A stretch of DNA of 64,000 nucleotides from Anolis carolinensis (Eukaryota): NCBI RefSeq assembly GCF_035594765.1, contig NC_085846.1, positions 51,633,190-51,697,189 of the forward strand. The letters run 5' to 3'. A program made the translations under genes and the position numbers. Each line of letters starts with the position of its first letter. Positions within the stretch are counted from its first letter, which is position 1. The notes below the pieces were generated by a model, which was not told the origin of the DNA, made no database searches, and saw only the letters and a program-made list of their open reading frames with translations. Shown here piece by piece: positions 12,612 to 24,408 of this stretch.

Positions 12612-12908
12612 TTGTAGATCAAGGGAAGTCATGATGTCCTTTTATTTTGCTTTTGTCAGGCCTCACCTGGAATGCTGTGTCCAATTCTGGGCACAACAGT
12701 TTAAAAGAGATATTAATAAGATAGAATATGTCCAGAGGAGGTGTGACTAAAATGATTAAAGACCATTCCCTATGAGGAGCAGTTTAAAGAGTTAGTTATA
12801 TTTAGCCCTGAAGCAGAGAAGGGTGAGAGGAGACATGATCATGATGTATAAATATTTGAAAGGCTGTCATAAGGAAAAAGAAGCAGGCTTGTTTTCTTCT
12901 GCCCTATA

Positions 12909-12939
<31 letters not shown>

Positions 12940-13199
12940 TTTATATACCGCTCTTTTCCCCCAGGGGGACCCAGAGCGGTCTTACATAATGGCAAGATTA
13001 ATGCCACATATAATACAAAATATAGTAAAACAAACAATCATAAAAACACACTTAAAACCAATATTATACCCCATTTAAAACAGTAAAGCACTGTGTGGCC
13101 ATTACAACAGGGCCAGTAGCATTGGGCCAAAAGTCAGAGCCAGTCTGTATTCAATTACACATTAATCCAGCGAATACATCAGATTATATCGACCGTATC

Positions 13200-15230
13200 T
13201 TAGGATGGGCCAAAAGCTTGGTCCCACATCCAGGTCTTCAGCTGCTTCCTAAAAGACATGAGTGAGGGGGCTTCCCTAATCTCCCTTGGCAAGGAGTTCC
13301 ACAGCCGCGGAGCCACCACCGAAAAAGCCCTGTCCCTCGTTCCAGCCAAATGCACCTGTGACGGCGGCGGGACCGAGAGCAGGGCCTCACTGGAAGATCT
13401 TAATCTGCGGGGCGGCTCATAGGGGGAGATACATTCGGAGAGGTAAGTTGGACCAGAGCCGTTTAAGGTTTTGTAGGCCAAAGCCAGCACTTTAAATTGT
13501 GCCCGGAAGCTAACAGGCAGCCAGTGGAGCTGCTTCAACAGAGGAGTTGTATGCTCCCTGTACGGCGCTCCAGTTAATAACCTGGCTGCGGAACGTTGGA
13601 CTAGTTCCAGCTTCCGAACAGTCTTTGAAGGCAACCCCACGTAGAGCGCATTGCAATAGTCCAAACGAGATGTAACCAGAGCGTGGACCACCGTGGCCAT
13701 GTCAGGCTTCCCAAGGTATGGGCGCAGTTGGCGCACAAGTTTGAGTTGTGCGAAGGCCCCCCTGGCCACCGCCGAAACCTGGGGTTCCAGGCTCAGCGAT
13801 GAGTCCAGGAGGACACCCAAACTGCGAACCTGCGCCTTCAGGGGGAGTGCGACCCCATCCAGCACAGGCTGTAACCCTATACCCTGTTCGGCCTTACGAC
13901 TGACCAGGAGGACCTCTGTCTTGTCTGGATTCAACTTCAATTTGTTCGCCCTCATCCAGTCCGACACAGCAGCCAGGCACCGGTTCAGGATCTGGACGGC
14001 CTCCTTGGAAGCTGGAGAAAAGGAGTGATAGAGCTGGACATCATCTGCGTACAGATGACACCGAACTCCAAAACTCCGGATGATCTCACCCAGCGGCTTC
14101 ATGTAGATGTTAAACAACAAAGGGGACAGTACTGAACCCTGTGGGACTCCACAAGACAACGGTTGTGGAGCCGAACAGCTGTCCCCTATCAACACCTTCT
14201 GGGTACGGTCCTCAAGGAAGGACTGGAGCCACTGCAATGCAGTTCCCCCAAGGCCCATTCCCACGAGGCGACCCAGAAGGATACCGTGGTCTACGGTATC
14301 GAAGGCTGCTGAGAGATCCAGGAGAACCAGCAGGGACACACTCCCCCTGTCGAGCTCTCTGCGGAGATCATCCACCAAGGAGACCAAGGCCGTCTCAGTT
14401 CCATGCGCCGGTCTGAAGCCAGACTGTGCCGGATCCAGATAATCAGTTGCTTCCAAGAATCCCTGGAGTTGCGAGGCAACCACGCGTTCCACAACCTTGC
14501 CCAAAAAGGGGAGATTGGAAACAGGCCGAAAGTTATTCCAATTAGTGGGGTCAAGTGATGGCTTCTTCAACAGCGGTTTTATTACGGCTTGTTTGAGGCC
14601 GGCTGGAAGTCTGCCTTCCCGGAGGGAGGCGTTCACCACCACTCTTACCCACTCGACCAACCCCCCTCTGGCTTCTTTAACCAGCCAGGATGGGCAGGGG
14701 TCTAGGATGCATGTGGTCGCTCTCGCTTCTCCAAGGACCTTGTCCACATCCTCGGGTTGCACAGATTGAAATGAATCCATCAAAATAGGACAAGCAGGTG
14801 CTCTTGCTACATCTTCGGAGATTGCATCAACTGTGTTGTCAAGCTCGGAACGAATCAAAGCGATTTTCTTTGAAAAGAACTGGGAAAAAGCTTCACATTT
14901 CTCTGCCACATCATCTGTGGGCGCAGTTTGAGGGGTGTTGTTAAGCAGCCCTCTGACAGTTCTAAAAAGCTCGGCAGGACGGTTTTTGGCTGCCTCAATT
15001 CTAGAACTATAATAGGTTTTTTTTACAGCAGCCATTGCTTTGCAATATATTTTCCTTTGGGCTTTAACCCGTTCTAAATTTGATTCGCTCCGTCGCTTTC
15101 GCCACACACGCTCTAGACGCCTCGTCTCGCGCTTCATCGCTGCCAACTCCCCGGAGAACCAGGGCGCTAGTTTAGCTCTGCGCATTGCGAGGGGCCGCTC
15201 TGGAGCGATCGTGTCTATTGCCCTGGCCAT
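13200..15230 (-). CDS. L2 ORF2 reverse transcriptase portion (frame open from about 15272)
   Basis: 676 aa with RT motifs FRPVSNLPFLGK, QSGFR, LLDLSAAFDTVDH, GVPQGSVLSP, YADD, KLNPDKTE. Confidence 0.95.
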   Translation of the reverse strand: MARAIDTIAPERPLAMRRAKLAPWFSGELAAMKRETRRLERVWRKRRSESNLERVKAQRKIYCKAMAAVKKTYYSSRIEAAKNRPAELFRTVRGLLNNTPQTAPTDDVAEKCEAFSQFFSKKIALIRSELDNTVDAISEDVARAPACPILMDSFQSVQPEDVDKVLGEARATTCILDPCPSWLVKEARGGLVEWVRVVVNASLREGRLPAGLKQAVIKPLLKKPSLDPTNWNNFRPVSNLPFLGKVVERVVASQLQGFLEATDYLDPAQSGFRPAHGTETALVSLVDDLRRELDRGSVSLLVLLDLSAAFDTVDHGILLGRLVGMGLGGTALQWLQSFLEDRTQKVLIGDSCSAPQPLSCGVPQGSVLSPLLFNIYMKPLGEIIRSFGVRCHLYADDVQLYHSFSPASKEAVQILNRCLAAVSDWMRANKLKLNPDKTEVLLVSRKAEQGIGLQPVLDGVALPLKAQVRSLGVLLDSSLSLEPQVSAVARGAFAQLKLVRQLRPYLGKPDMATVVHALVTSRLDYCNALYVGLPSKTVRKLELVQRSAARLLTGAPYREHTTPLLKQLHWLPVSFRAQFKVLALAYKTLNGSGPTYLSECISPYEPPRRLRSSSEALLSVPPPSQVHLAGTRDRAFSVVAPRLWNSLPREIREAPSLMSFRKQLKTWMWDQAFGPS

Positions 15231-15271
15231 CTCCCCATTGTAGAGAGTGACCAGAGCATCAACAGAATCAC

Positions 15272-16570
15272 CTACCCAATCACATCCCCAAGAGCCATCA
15301 GGAATCCATTTGGATCCATAAGCCTCCTGGGGCGGACCATCTTAATGGGTCCACCACCCCCGCGGAGGTTAGGGGTTGCAGTAATTCTAAACTTGACCAA
15401 GTGGTGGTCAGTCCATGACAGTGGGACTAACGAGAGCTCTTCCACACCACCACCATTCTCCCATCCCTGGCAAAATACCAAGTCCAATGTATGTCCAGCA
15501 CAGTGGGTAGGGCCAGAAATCACTTGGGACAGTCCCATGGTTGCCATGGTATCCATGAAAACCTGAGCCGCTCCCGACAGGGTGGTCTCTGCATGTATGT
15601 TGAAGTCTCCCAGCACAAGAAGCCGCTGAGACTCCAACACCAAGCTCGAGATCACCCTGGCTAGCTCAGTCAGGGAGTTTGTAGTGTTGCGGGGTGGACG
15701 GTACACTACAAATATCCCTATACTGTCCCGGTCTCCTACCCGCAGGTGGACGCTTTCAAATGAGGTAGATTGCGGGATGAGGCATCTGGTCACGGGGATA
15801 GAATCCCTATAGATTATTGCAACCCCACCTCCCCTCCCTCCGGATCTTGGCTGGTGCTGAACAGAGTAACCTGGAGGACAGAGCTGAGTGAGGTTAGGCC
15901 CACCCGACTCGTCCAACCAGGTTTCTGTTATACAAGCCAGGTCTGCTCGCTCTTCTAATATCAGATCACTTATAGTGGTTGTTTTCCCATTAACTGATCT
16001 GGCATTCAACAGCACCAGCTTTAATCCATCAGGTCCGCCATCCCGGATACCCAGACTCACCTTGTCAGGAGACCCTTTTGGAATACGTTTTGGAACTAAT
16101 AATGATCTCTGAAAGTCCCTAGGCCCAATTAACACATTTGGTCTCCTTTTCCCGTACCTCCCTTTTCCTATAACCGTCCCAATGGCGACTCCATGGCTGG
16201 CAGAACTCCCCCCATCCTCTGCACATCCCCCACTCTCCTCCCCTGACCATTGTTTAGCTGGGTCAGCCTGACTGGGCCAATTGAACAAGCCAGATGGTGG
16301 CACTTCCCACCCTCTTCCCACCCCCCTTACATAGTCTCCAAAACCCTCCAACACTCCCCCCTCCCCTTTTACATTCACATCCACGTTCCAATTACTGAAA
16401 GTGACCTGTGCAGAGGAATGGGAGATATTGTAAAAGCAGAATCCTAGTAACAGTTGGAGGCTATAAAGTGCACAGTACATAAGTAACAATAAAACTAAGG
16501 GGCTGGAGGAGCCAATCCTATATCTAAAGTGCCTATCTGTTAAATACATTGAATAAATTTCTATTGCCAA
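15272..16570 (-). CDS. L2 ORF2 N-terminal extension + apurinic-like endonuclease; out of frame with RT
   Basis: APE motifs LNARS, ITETWL, GGGVA, VYRPP, GDFN, LDLVF, WTDH; ends at TAG 15274-15272 where the RT frame takes over. Confidence 0.92.
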   Translation of the reverse strand: MAIEIYSMYLTDRHFRYRIGSSSPLVLLLLMYCALYSLQLLLGFCFYNISHSSAQVTFSNWNVDVNVKGEGGVLEGFGDYVRGVGRGWEVPPSGLFNWPSQADPAKQWSGEESGGCAEDGGSSASHGVAIGTVIGKGRYGKRRPNVLIGPRDFQRSLLVPKRIPKGSPDKVSLGIRDGGPDGLKLVLLNARSVNGKTTTISDLILEERADLACITETWLDESGGPNLTQLCPPGYSVQHQPRSGGRGGGVAIIYRDSIPVTRCLIPQSTSFESVHLRVGDRDSIGIFVVYRPPRNTTNSLTELARVISSLVLESQRLLVLGDFNIHAETTLSGAAQVFMDTMATMGLSQVISGPTHCAGHTLDLVFCQGWENGGGVEELSLVPLSWTDHHLVKFRITATPNLRGGGGPIKMVRPRRLMDPNGFLMALGDVIG

Positions 16571-17074
16571 AAAACCAATCTGGTTCCGGAGGGCAGTCCC
16601 GATCAGTGATTACAACACTACCACATTTTAACATTAGGTTAGCAGCCACACAGGATTTTTAGCAGCTATACAGTACTGCTCTCAACTTCCCAGTCACAAG
16701 AGGATTGACGGCTCAGTTTAACAAAGACAAATTAAGGGTCCAACCAAATTTAGATTAAATTCTGGCAATGGGTCTAACCCCAGAAGTCAGCCAGTGGTGG
16801 TAATAGCTATGGTATGGGCCCAGCCCAGAAATTCCCAAAGTCTCAATCCCTTGACAGGCTGCCAGATGCAAAAAGATGTGATAAGATGTGAACAGCTGAA
16901 GATGAGCCCAAGGACAAACCAGTAGGCCACTCTTCGTAGCAGGCCGAGGGGCAGAGGGAATGGTAGGGCTGAGAACGCGAATATTTTAAAGCCAGCTGCT
17001 CTGCCTTCTTCTCCAGAATGTTTATGTAGTTTATGTAGTTTTAAAAGTTTTCCCCTCTCTCTTTCCTCCTTACA

Positions 17075-17420
17075 CCAGCAGAAGCAGGGCTGGGGGTGTG
17101 CTGGCAAGCAGCGATGGTAACAGCAAGAAGTGAGCAGCAGGCAGGTGTTTTAAGGCCTCCTCCTCCACCACCCTCTTCTTTTCCTCCTTTCCTCCTCACA
17201 CGAGCAGAAGCAGGGCTGGGGGTGTGGCAGCAGGACTCACTTCTTGTGTGCTGGTAGCAGCGATGGTAACAACAAGAAGTGAGCAGCAGGCAGGTGTTTT
17301 AAGGCCTCCTCCTCCACCACCCTCTTCTTTTCCTCCTTTCCTCCTCATACGAGCAGAAGCAGGGCTGGGGGTGTGGCAGCAGGACTCACTTCTTGTGTGC
17401 TGGTAGCAGCGATGGTAACA
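17075..17420. repeat. Tandem array (126-149 bp unit, about 2.5 copies) at the L2 5' end
   Basis: c.agcagaagcagggctgggggtgtg recurs at 17075, 17201 and 17350. Confidence 0.95.
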
Positions 17421-18042
17421 GGACTTGGGGCAATAGGTTCAAATTACAGGAATTGAGATTCCACCTGAACATTAGAAAGAACTTCTTGACTGTAAGAGCT
17501 GTTCAATAGTGGAACTCTCTGCCTCGGAGTGTGGTGGAAGTTCTTTCTTTGGAGGCTTTTAAACAGAAGCTGGATGGCCATCTGTCAGGGGTGCTTTGAT
17601 TGTGCTTTTCCTGTATGGCAGGGGGTTGGACTAGATGGCCCATGTAGTCTCTTCCAACTCTATTATTCTATGATTCTATGATGGAAAGAACCTGTGATGC
17701 GGCTGGAACTGTTCCTTACAAGTTTGGTCATCTAGGGCCTCGTGTAACTAATTCTTAATAGTCTGTGTTTGAAGTCCAGCTTTGTGACTATTAAGTTATG
17801 GCTGTCACTTCTTTTTTTTACTGAAATGGTCTTCTTTACCACCAGCAGTGCTCACAGGTACAACATGGCACATTTCATTTCAAGAATAGCTGCCAGTGCA
17901 AATAGGGCATGATTTCATTATAATCCAATTTTAAGCATATATGAACATTTACAAATTCCCTCAGAAAAAAGGGTGCAATTGCATAAGTTCAAACACAGGT
18001 TAAAAAGTGAAACAAACACATTTTCTGCCCCAATGTGTTATT

Positions 18043-18342
18043 AGCCCCGGTGGCGAAGTGTGTTAAAGCACTGAGCTGGAGACCGAAAGGTCCCAGGTTC
18101 AATCCCCGGGAGCGGCGTGAGCGGCCGCTGTTAGCTCCAGCTCCTGCCAACCTAGCAGATGCCAATGTGAGTAGAGCAATAGACACTGCTCCAGCAGGAA
18201 GGTAACGGTGCTCCATGCAGTACCATGACCTTGGAGGTGTCTATGGACAACGCCGGCTCTTCGGCTTAGAAATGGAGATGAGCACCAACCCCCAGAGTCA
18301 GACATGACTGGACTTAACGTCAGGGGAAACCTTTACCTTTTT
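18043..18342 (+). mobile_element. Sauria SINE
   Basis: Head agccccggtggcgaagtgtgttaaagc; tail acctttaccttt. Confidence 0.92.
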
Positions 18343-19271
18343 ACTATACTATAAGATTGCAATATGGTGCATATTTATCTATGAGTTGCAGAGTAGGTAT
18401 GTACAGTAGTGCACTGTAGGCAATTTGATTGTTCTAGAGCCAACACAGGCTGAAGAATTTTGCATACAATGTTTCTTTCTATTCAGCATTTATGTCTATT
18501 GATGGTAAATAAGGAGTTCACCTTGTCCTAGAGCTATTCTGTTCCAAGAATGAAAAATGTGAAATTTCCAGTATAAGAAGTGGCTATGAATTATATATGG
18601 TTTCCATTATGGCTGAGCAACATTAAAAAGCACTCTGGAGAACAAGAGAGTTACTGTTTGTTGGGTATGAAAAGAGAAGTAGTGCCCTGCATAACTTTTG
18701 CCCTAACAATGGATAACATACTATTTAAGATCTTAGTAAGTGGTACATTTTGCATTCTGAAAGAAAAATACCAGATGCACAACTTGAGATCTGCATTATA
18801 TTAGCAAGAAAACAAAATGCTTTTCTTCTATATTTCCAGCTGAGATAGCTGTTTACTGCCTCACAGACCAAGAAACAGATCTGACAACTAATCAAACAGT
18901 CTAATTTACCCAAGATTATAGCTGTAATTATGGGAAGCCTAGATCTGTAGGAAAATCAGGCACAGTCACAACAGTAGCATCATGAGGTGCCTGCATTTTA
19001 AAGAATGGCTCCTTAATTTGCTTATGTTTTCTTAATACATTCTGTTTTTAGGAAAATAAGGGGGAATGTAATAGCATTGCCACTATTGTTCAACATTGCT
19101 ATTATTCTAAATGATTATCAAGACTCTGAACCTCAGCAGTAGTGGCTGATGGTTCCCATAGCTGAGCCCATGCATGCATTCTAGGTTTTCCAATATAATT
19201 AAAGGAACTTCCCAAGGTACTGAATCTACTGAAGAATAGTATTTAGTATCTTAGAGGCCTACCTTGAAGCC

Positions 19272-19530
19272 GGAGCCCCCAATGACATAGTGGACTAAAG
19301 CCTCGTGACTTGAAGGTTGGGTTGCTGACCTGAAAGCTGCCAGGTTCGAATCCCACTCGGGGATGAGCTCCCTCTATCAGCTCCAGCTCCATGTGGGGAC
19401 ATGAGAGAAGCCTCCAACAAGGATGGTAAAAACATTAAAACATCCGGGCGTCCCCTGGGCAATGTCCTTGCAGACGGCCAATTCTCTCACTCCAGAAGCG
19501 ACTAAAAAAAAAACACACAAAAAAACAACA
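19272..19530 (+). mobile_element. tRNA-derived SINE (third family; tail probably Vingi/Ingi-type)
   Basis: B-box ggttcgaatccc; A-rich tail; 11-bp TSD acct(t/c)gaagcc at 19261-19271 and 19531-19541; second copy at 25331-25598. The partner LINE is an inference. Confidence 0.85.
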
Positions 19531-21315
19531 ACCTCGAAGCCTGGGCAAAAACCTGTAGTGGATTCATAATCCTGTTGACATGGGAGTGGCCAACCACTAC
19601 TGCAGCTCACCAAAGCAAAAATTTCCTTAGCCATAAATGCATGCATGTTTAGCAATATCTCAACAGGCAAAAGATAGCTTATGTTGTTCATTATTGCTGC
19701 TCTTTCTATTAATCTATTTCTCTGTTCTTCCAATATATGCCACAAACCTTTATCTTACAATTCCAGAGTGATGGGAGAGAAGGGAGAGAGACTGAAACAT
19801 ACTTGCCAAATTATTTTCTTTTACTACTACTAGGGTAGCAACTTACCTTTTCAACACAAGTTAAACCAAAAGTTCAGCTTGTAAAGATAGATGTAAGAAC
19901 TGCAATGACACACTGAAACCATATCTGAAAAGTGGTAGGTCAATGCTCTTGGTCATACTGCTGCTTCAGTGTGTCATGTTCGTTTTTCTTGAAAAATAAC
20001 TTTCTGGGGTCCGGAAAAAGGGAGAATACATATTTGGCTTCCATGTTTGAAAACATGTACTCCTCCCCTGAAAGTACAGTGTTTTTCATGTTTCCTGAAT
20101 CTTATTAATATGATCTCTGCCTCCCACTCTCACTGCTCCTGACTCAAGGGCACATTGTGTATCATCAGTTGTCCAGACTAAATAAGGCTAAACTCTAAAC
20201 CTTCCAATGCCTCCATGTTCTGATCTACTATAACAGTCTCCTTCCTAATTAACAAATTCAACCACTTTCTGTGAGATGAGCAGCCATGCTGGCAATGAAA
20301 GTGGCTATAAATAAATGTAGTCATTAGGGATGCAGCCTGCCATTACTGATTTCCATTATTTATGAATTCCTGTAAGTCATTCCCTTTTGAAGCAGTGCCA
20401 CCTGTCACTACCCTCACAGCAAGAGAGAGGGGAGAGAGAGAAAAAAGAGAGGCAAAGTCAGGTTCAACCATCTCTATAAAGTGAACAACATATTGTCTTG
20501 AGTGGACATTTCCTCAATGGATAGGAGAAAAATGTAATTAATCTCTTATTTATCAATTATATGTCATTCATCTGTTGTATCTTGCTCTGAGCAATTGGCA
20601 CGCTGTTTCTAAAATTAGTTTGGTTTGTGTAAATTTCTTCCTTGGAGGGCTTTGCTCTGAGTCAGTCTCTGTTTTTGAGTTAAGTTCTGCTTCTAATCAA
20701 TTTTTCCAGAGAGTTTCACCCAAGTCAGGAGAAGGTCAAGTGCCTTTGCTGAACTATGAAATAGATCAGGAACCCAGCTGTGCTAAGTAACAGATGCTTC
20801 TAACTCCTAGTGTAACAGAATAACTAGGCTTTATGTTATGGGGATTTATGTAAAAACATTAGTGTAGTGTTCTTGAGGACTGTGTCTTTTCCAGTTACAT
20901 TTGTATGCATATTTTCAAGGTATGAAGAATTCTGTGTACAAATAAAAGGCACTACAGAGGTAACAATGCAGAGATGATGGCTCCCAAAATAGGCATCAGG
21001 GCTGACCTGGGGAAAGGGTAACTTCTCCTGGGTTGGTGTATGTAAATTCCATAAAACAATCATCACAGAACTATAGACAACGTAAATTAAAGAATATAAT
21101 AGCAAAATAAATGAAGATAATGTTTGCAGTCAAAATGGATAACAAAACAACAATAATAATGCCACTGCTTACAACCAATAAGATAACATACATAGCATAG
21201 TGCCAAAAGTAGTGTGAGGTATATAACAGGAAAATCAAACTATTAGAAACTATCTCAGAAAATAATGTAACAAAGAAAATGACTACAGAATGAATGACTA
21301 CATAGCAGAACATAG

Positions 21316-22878
21316 TAGGCTTGTGCAATTTGTTCATATGCTCATTAAATTCAGATCTAATTTGGTTCTAAAGCACTTTTGAAGTGAGTTCCGACCCACC
21401 TGCTCACTGCCTTCACAATATTAAGAATTTGAATCAAAAGGCACCTTCGTTTCCTCTGTCTTGGATGTCTTCGGATGTAGCTATGACCAAGCCCGGCTGA
21501 GAGATGAAGCCAAACATGTTGGCATGCCTCTCAGCCAATCAGGGCTGACAGAGGAGGGTGGGAGAGGCGGGGGCATCATTCTTGTAGACTTTAAAAATAT
21601 TGTTTTAAAAAACTTTGGAAATTCCCCAAAAAATCAGTGGATGGGTGAAACATTATGAAACTTGATAGGCAAAGAATGATAAATATATTCTGCAATTGTA
21701 TCAATTTTCACCCCAATAGCTTTAAAAATGAGGGAGAACTGAGCCTCTGAATTTATTTAATTGGAAGTGAGAAGCCATATGCCTGCACTAAACTACATTT
21801 CCCAGAAAGCATTGGGCTGGAGCAGAAGTTTCCCCAATAGTAAGAGTGACGGAGTATGCCTGCTTTAAAACTACAATTCCCAAATGTCCCAGTTCCTCTC
21901 TCCTCTTAACATTCCCCACCCCCTTTTGCCATCACTCTTTCCTTATTAATAACATTGACCATCTTGGCAAAACTTTCATCTGTGAATTCTTGAAAGGTAT
22001 GAGAAATGTAGAGAGAGACAGAGGGGGAGAGGGAGGGAGAGAAAGAGAGGTTTGAGAGTTGGACTCCGATTGTGGCTTGATTCCCCACTCAGCCATGGAA
22101 TCCCACTGGGTGATCTTGGGCAAATCACACACTCTCAGCCCCAAGAAACCCAATCAAACAGGAAATTACACTTTCAAACCAGGAACAGATTTCCTTATTC
22201 AGAGGCTGATAGCCAATCTGTCAGGAGTGGTTAGATGGTGTGATATGATTTCTGTTCCTGGTTGATAAATGTCATTTCCTAATTGGTTATGTCATAAAAA
22301 TATGGCAAAACATTATTACATTGCCAGAACTTTGTCTTTGTGCAAGGGACATCATCCTATAAATAGCACATTATGTTTTGTTGAGTCTCCACCAATTTAA
22401 CAAAGCTTCAGCCACAAAAACAAAGTTTCTGAAGTAGAACAATGACTTTCACAGTAAAAAAAAAAACCCCAATGAAACGGAATAACACTTTCAAATCAGG
22501 AACAAATTTTTGTTATTATTTTAAAAAAAATTATAAATACTTTAAATATTCACCAAAAATCTGAGGATAAATTAAACCTTATGAAATTTGGTGAGCTAAC
22601 AGTGGTCAATGTGCTCTACCACTGTAGCAAGTTTCATCAGGATAGCTCAAAAAATGAGGGAGAGAGAAGCCCCTCAAATTTCCCCATTGACAGTAATGTT
22701 TTCCTTCATGCGCAAGGGCGTCTTCCATTAACGAAGTACATGCGAATATTTGAAAGTTTCAGAAAATTTTGAACTTTTTGCCTTCAAAATTTTGAAATGA
22801 CTTTAGAAATGAAGCACCAGTGTCCCCTACTTTCGAACAGAGTTTAAGACCATTTCTTTTCTGGATTGCACATGCCTA
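21316..22878. mobile_element. Complete non-autonomous hAT element
   Basis: TIR TAGGCTTGTGCAAT / ATTGCACATGCCTA; 8-bp TSD gaacatag (21308-21315) / gaacgtag (22879-22886). Confidence 0.85.
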
Positions 22879-22889
22879 GAACGTAGTAT

Positions 22890-23480
22890 TCTAAATTTGA
22901 AGAAATTGAAGTAAATTCTGAAAACTACTGTGTTTACTACTGCAGCTGTGAGGGTGACTACGTGCACTCTAGACTCTTGCCCTTCTTGGCTAATAAAACT
23001 TGCCAGTGGGGGATTGGCGAATTGGTTTGTGAGGATTATAAATGCCTCACTGAACCAGGCACATTTTCCATCTGCCCTGAAACAGACATTGGTGGGACAG
23101 ATCCTGAAAAAAGTTTCCTGTGATCCTTCGGTATTAAACAGCTACTGGCCAATTTCCAACCTCCCCTTCCTGGGCAAGGTTCTGGAGTGAGTGGTTGCTT
23201 CTCACCTCCAGGGATTCCTGACTGAGACCGATAATCTGGATTCGTCGAAGTCTGGCTTCAGACCTGGTCGCAGAATGGAGACGGCTTTGGTTGCCTTGGT
23301 AGATGACCTCTGCAGAGAGCTAGACGGGGGAGTGTCTCCCTGTTGGTTCTCTTGGACATCTCAGTAGCTTTCGATACCATAGACCATGGTATCCTTCTGG
23401 GACTGCTCTCCAGAATGGGTATTAGGATGTTGTCTTGCAATGGCTCCACTCTTTCCTGGAGGATCGTTCCCAGTTGATGA
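22890..23480 (+). mobile_element. Degenerate L2 RT fragment
   Basis: TTCTLDSCPSWL, PISNLPFLGKVLE, LLDISVAFDTIDHG, with stops and frameshifts. Confidence 0.88.
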
Positions 23481-24030
23481 GTCCATCAATGTTTGTGATG
23501 AGGTCCATGGTCAGTGTATGCTCATAGAAAGCAGTATACACTGGCCATATAATTCAGTTTCAAACTGTATAATATAGCAGTGTAGATGCGGCCTCTCTCA
23601 GATAGTATTATTGCTTTCTGCAAGCAAAGAGAGTTTTTTTTTCATGCCCAGGTGTGGTGGTGGTGAGTTCTGGCTGCCCCCGAGGAGAGTAGATGAATGG
23701 TGCCTTGTAACTTGTATTGCCTCACCGGGTTGAAAATGCAGACATATCAATTTGTCACAGTGGGCTATTATATCTTGGTAATAGGCCATTTATTTACAAC
23801 TTGTTGATATTGTGTCATAAAGTATTGAATAAGCATCCATGAGCCAGCTGCTGATAAATGATTACCAAAGAATGACTACAAATATACGTGTTTTATTTGG
23901 ACCATGTTCCATCTGTTGTGGCTGTGAAGTCATCACTTGATGCCATTGTCCTTAAATAGTGAATGTACTGATTATGACTTTCTCAAATGTTGTAATTTTA
24001 AGAGCACAAACTGAAGCACTAAAGTCTAAA

Positions 24031-24362
24031 GGTAAAGGTAAAGCTTTCCCCTGACATTAAGTCCAGTCGTTTCCGACTCTGGGGGTTGGTGCTCATCTCC
24101 ATTTCTAAGCCGAAGAGCTGCCGTTGTCTGTAGACACCTCCAAAGTCATGTGGCCGACATGACTGCATGGAACACCGTTACCTTCCCACGAGAGTAGTAC
24201 CTATTGATCTACTCACATTGGCATGTTTTCGAACTGCTAGGTTGGCAGAAGCTGGAGCTAACAGTGGGCGCTCACTCCGCTCCCCGAATTTGAACCTGGG
24301 ACCTTTTGGTCTGCAAGTTCAGCAGCTTAGCGCTTTAACACACTGAGCCACCTGAGGCTCCT
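24031..24362 (-). mobile_element. Sauria SINE
   Basis: Matches other copies; TSD cactaaagtctaaa at 24017-24030 and 24363-24376. Confidence 0.92.
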
Positions 24363-24408
24363 CACTAAAGTCTAAACACAGTTAAAATATTGGTATTTTA
24401 AAGGATCC

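Larger units (their letters stand above)
12906..17420 (-). mobile_element. Near full-length young L2 LINE (about 4.5 kb) inserted into CR1
   Basis: APE + RT coding region, L2 3' stem and (TAAA)n tail at 12906-12980; CR1 sequence stops at 12905 and resumes at 17421; no TSD, as usual for L2. Confidence 0.9.
10935..17682 (+). mobile_element. CR1 3' portion fragmented by later insertions (pieces about 10935-11028, 12330-12490, 12612-12905, 17421-17682)
   Basis: RT motif RFADNTKLG (FADD variant); colinear CR1 ORF2 pieces; ends in tcttccaactc..(attctatg)n tail. Confidence 0.8.

Noticed and set aside
15272-15290. Programmed -1 frameshift between EN and RT
   Set aside because: No X XXY YYZ heptamer; L2 ORF2 is normally continuous, so an indel is more likely.
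17075-17420. Repeat array considered as CRISPR-like
   Set aside because: Eukaryotic DNA; whole units are repeated with no unique spacers.
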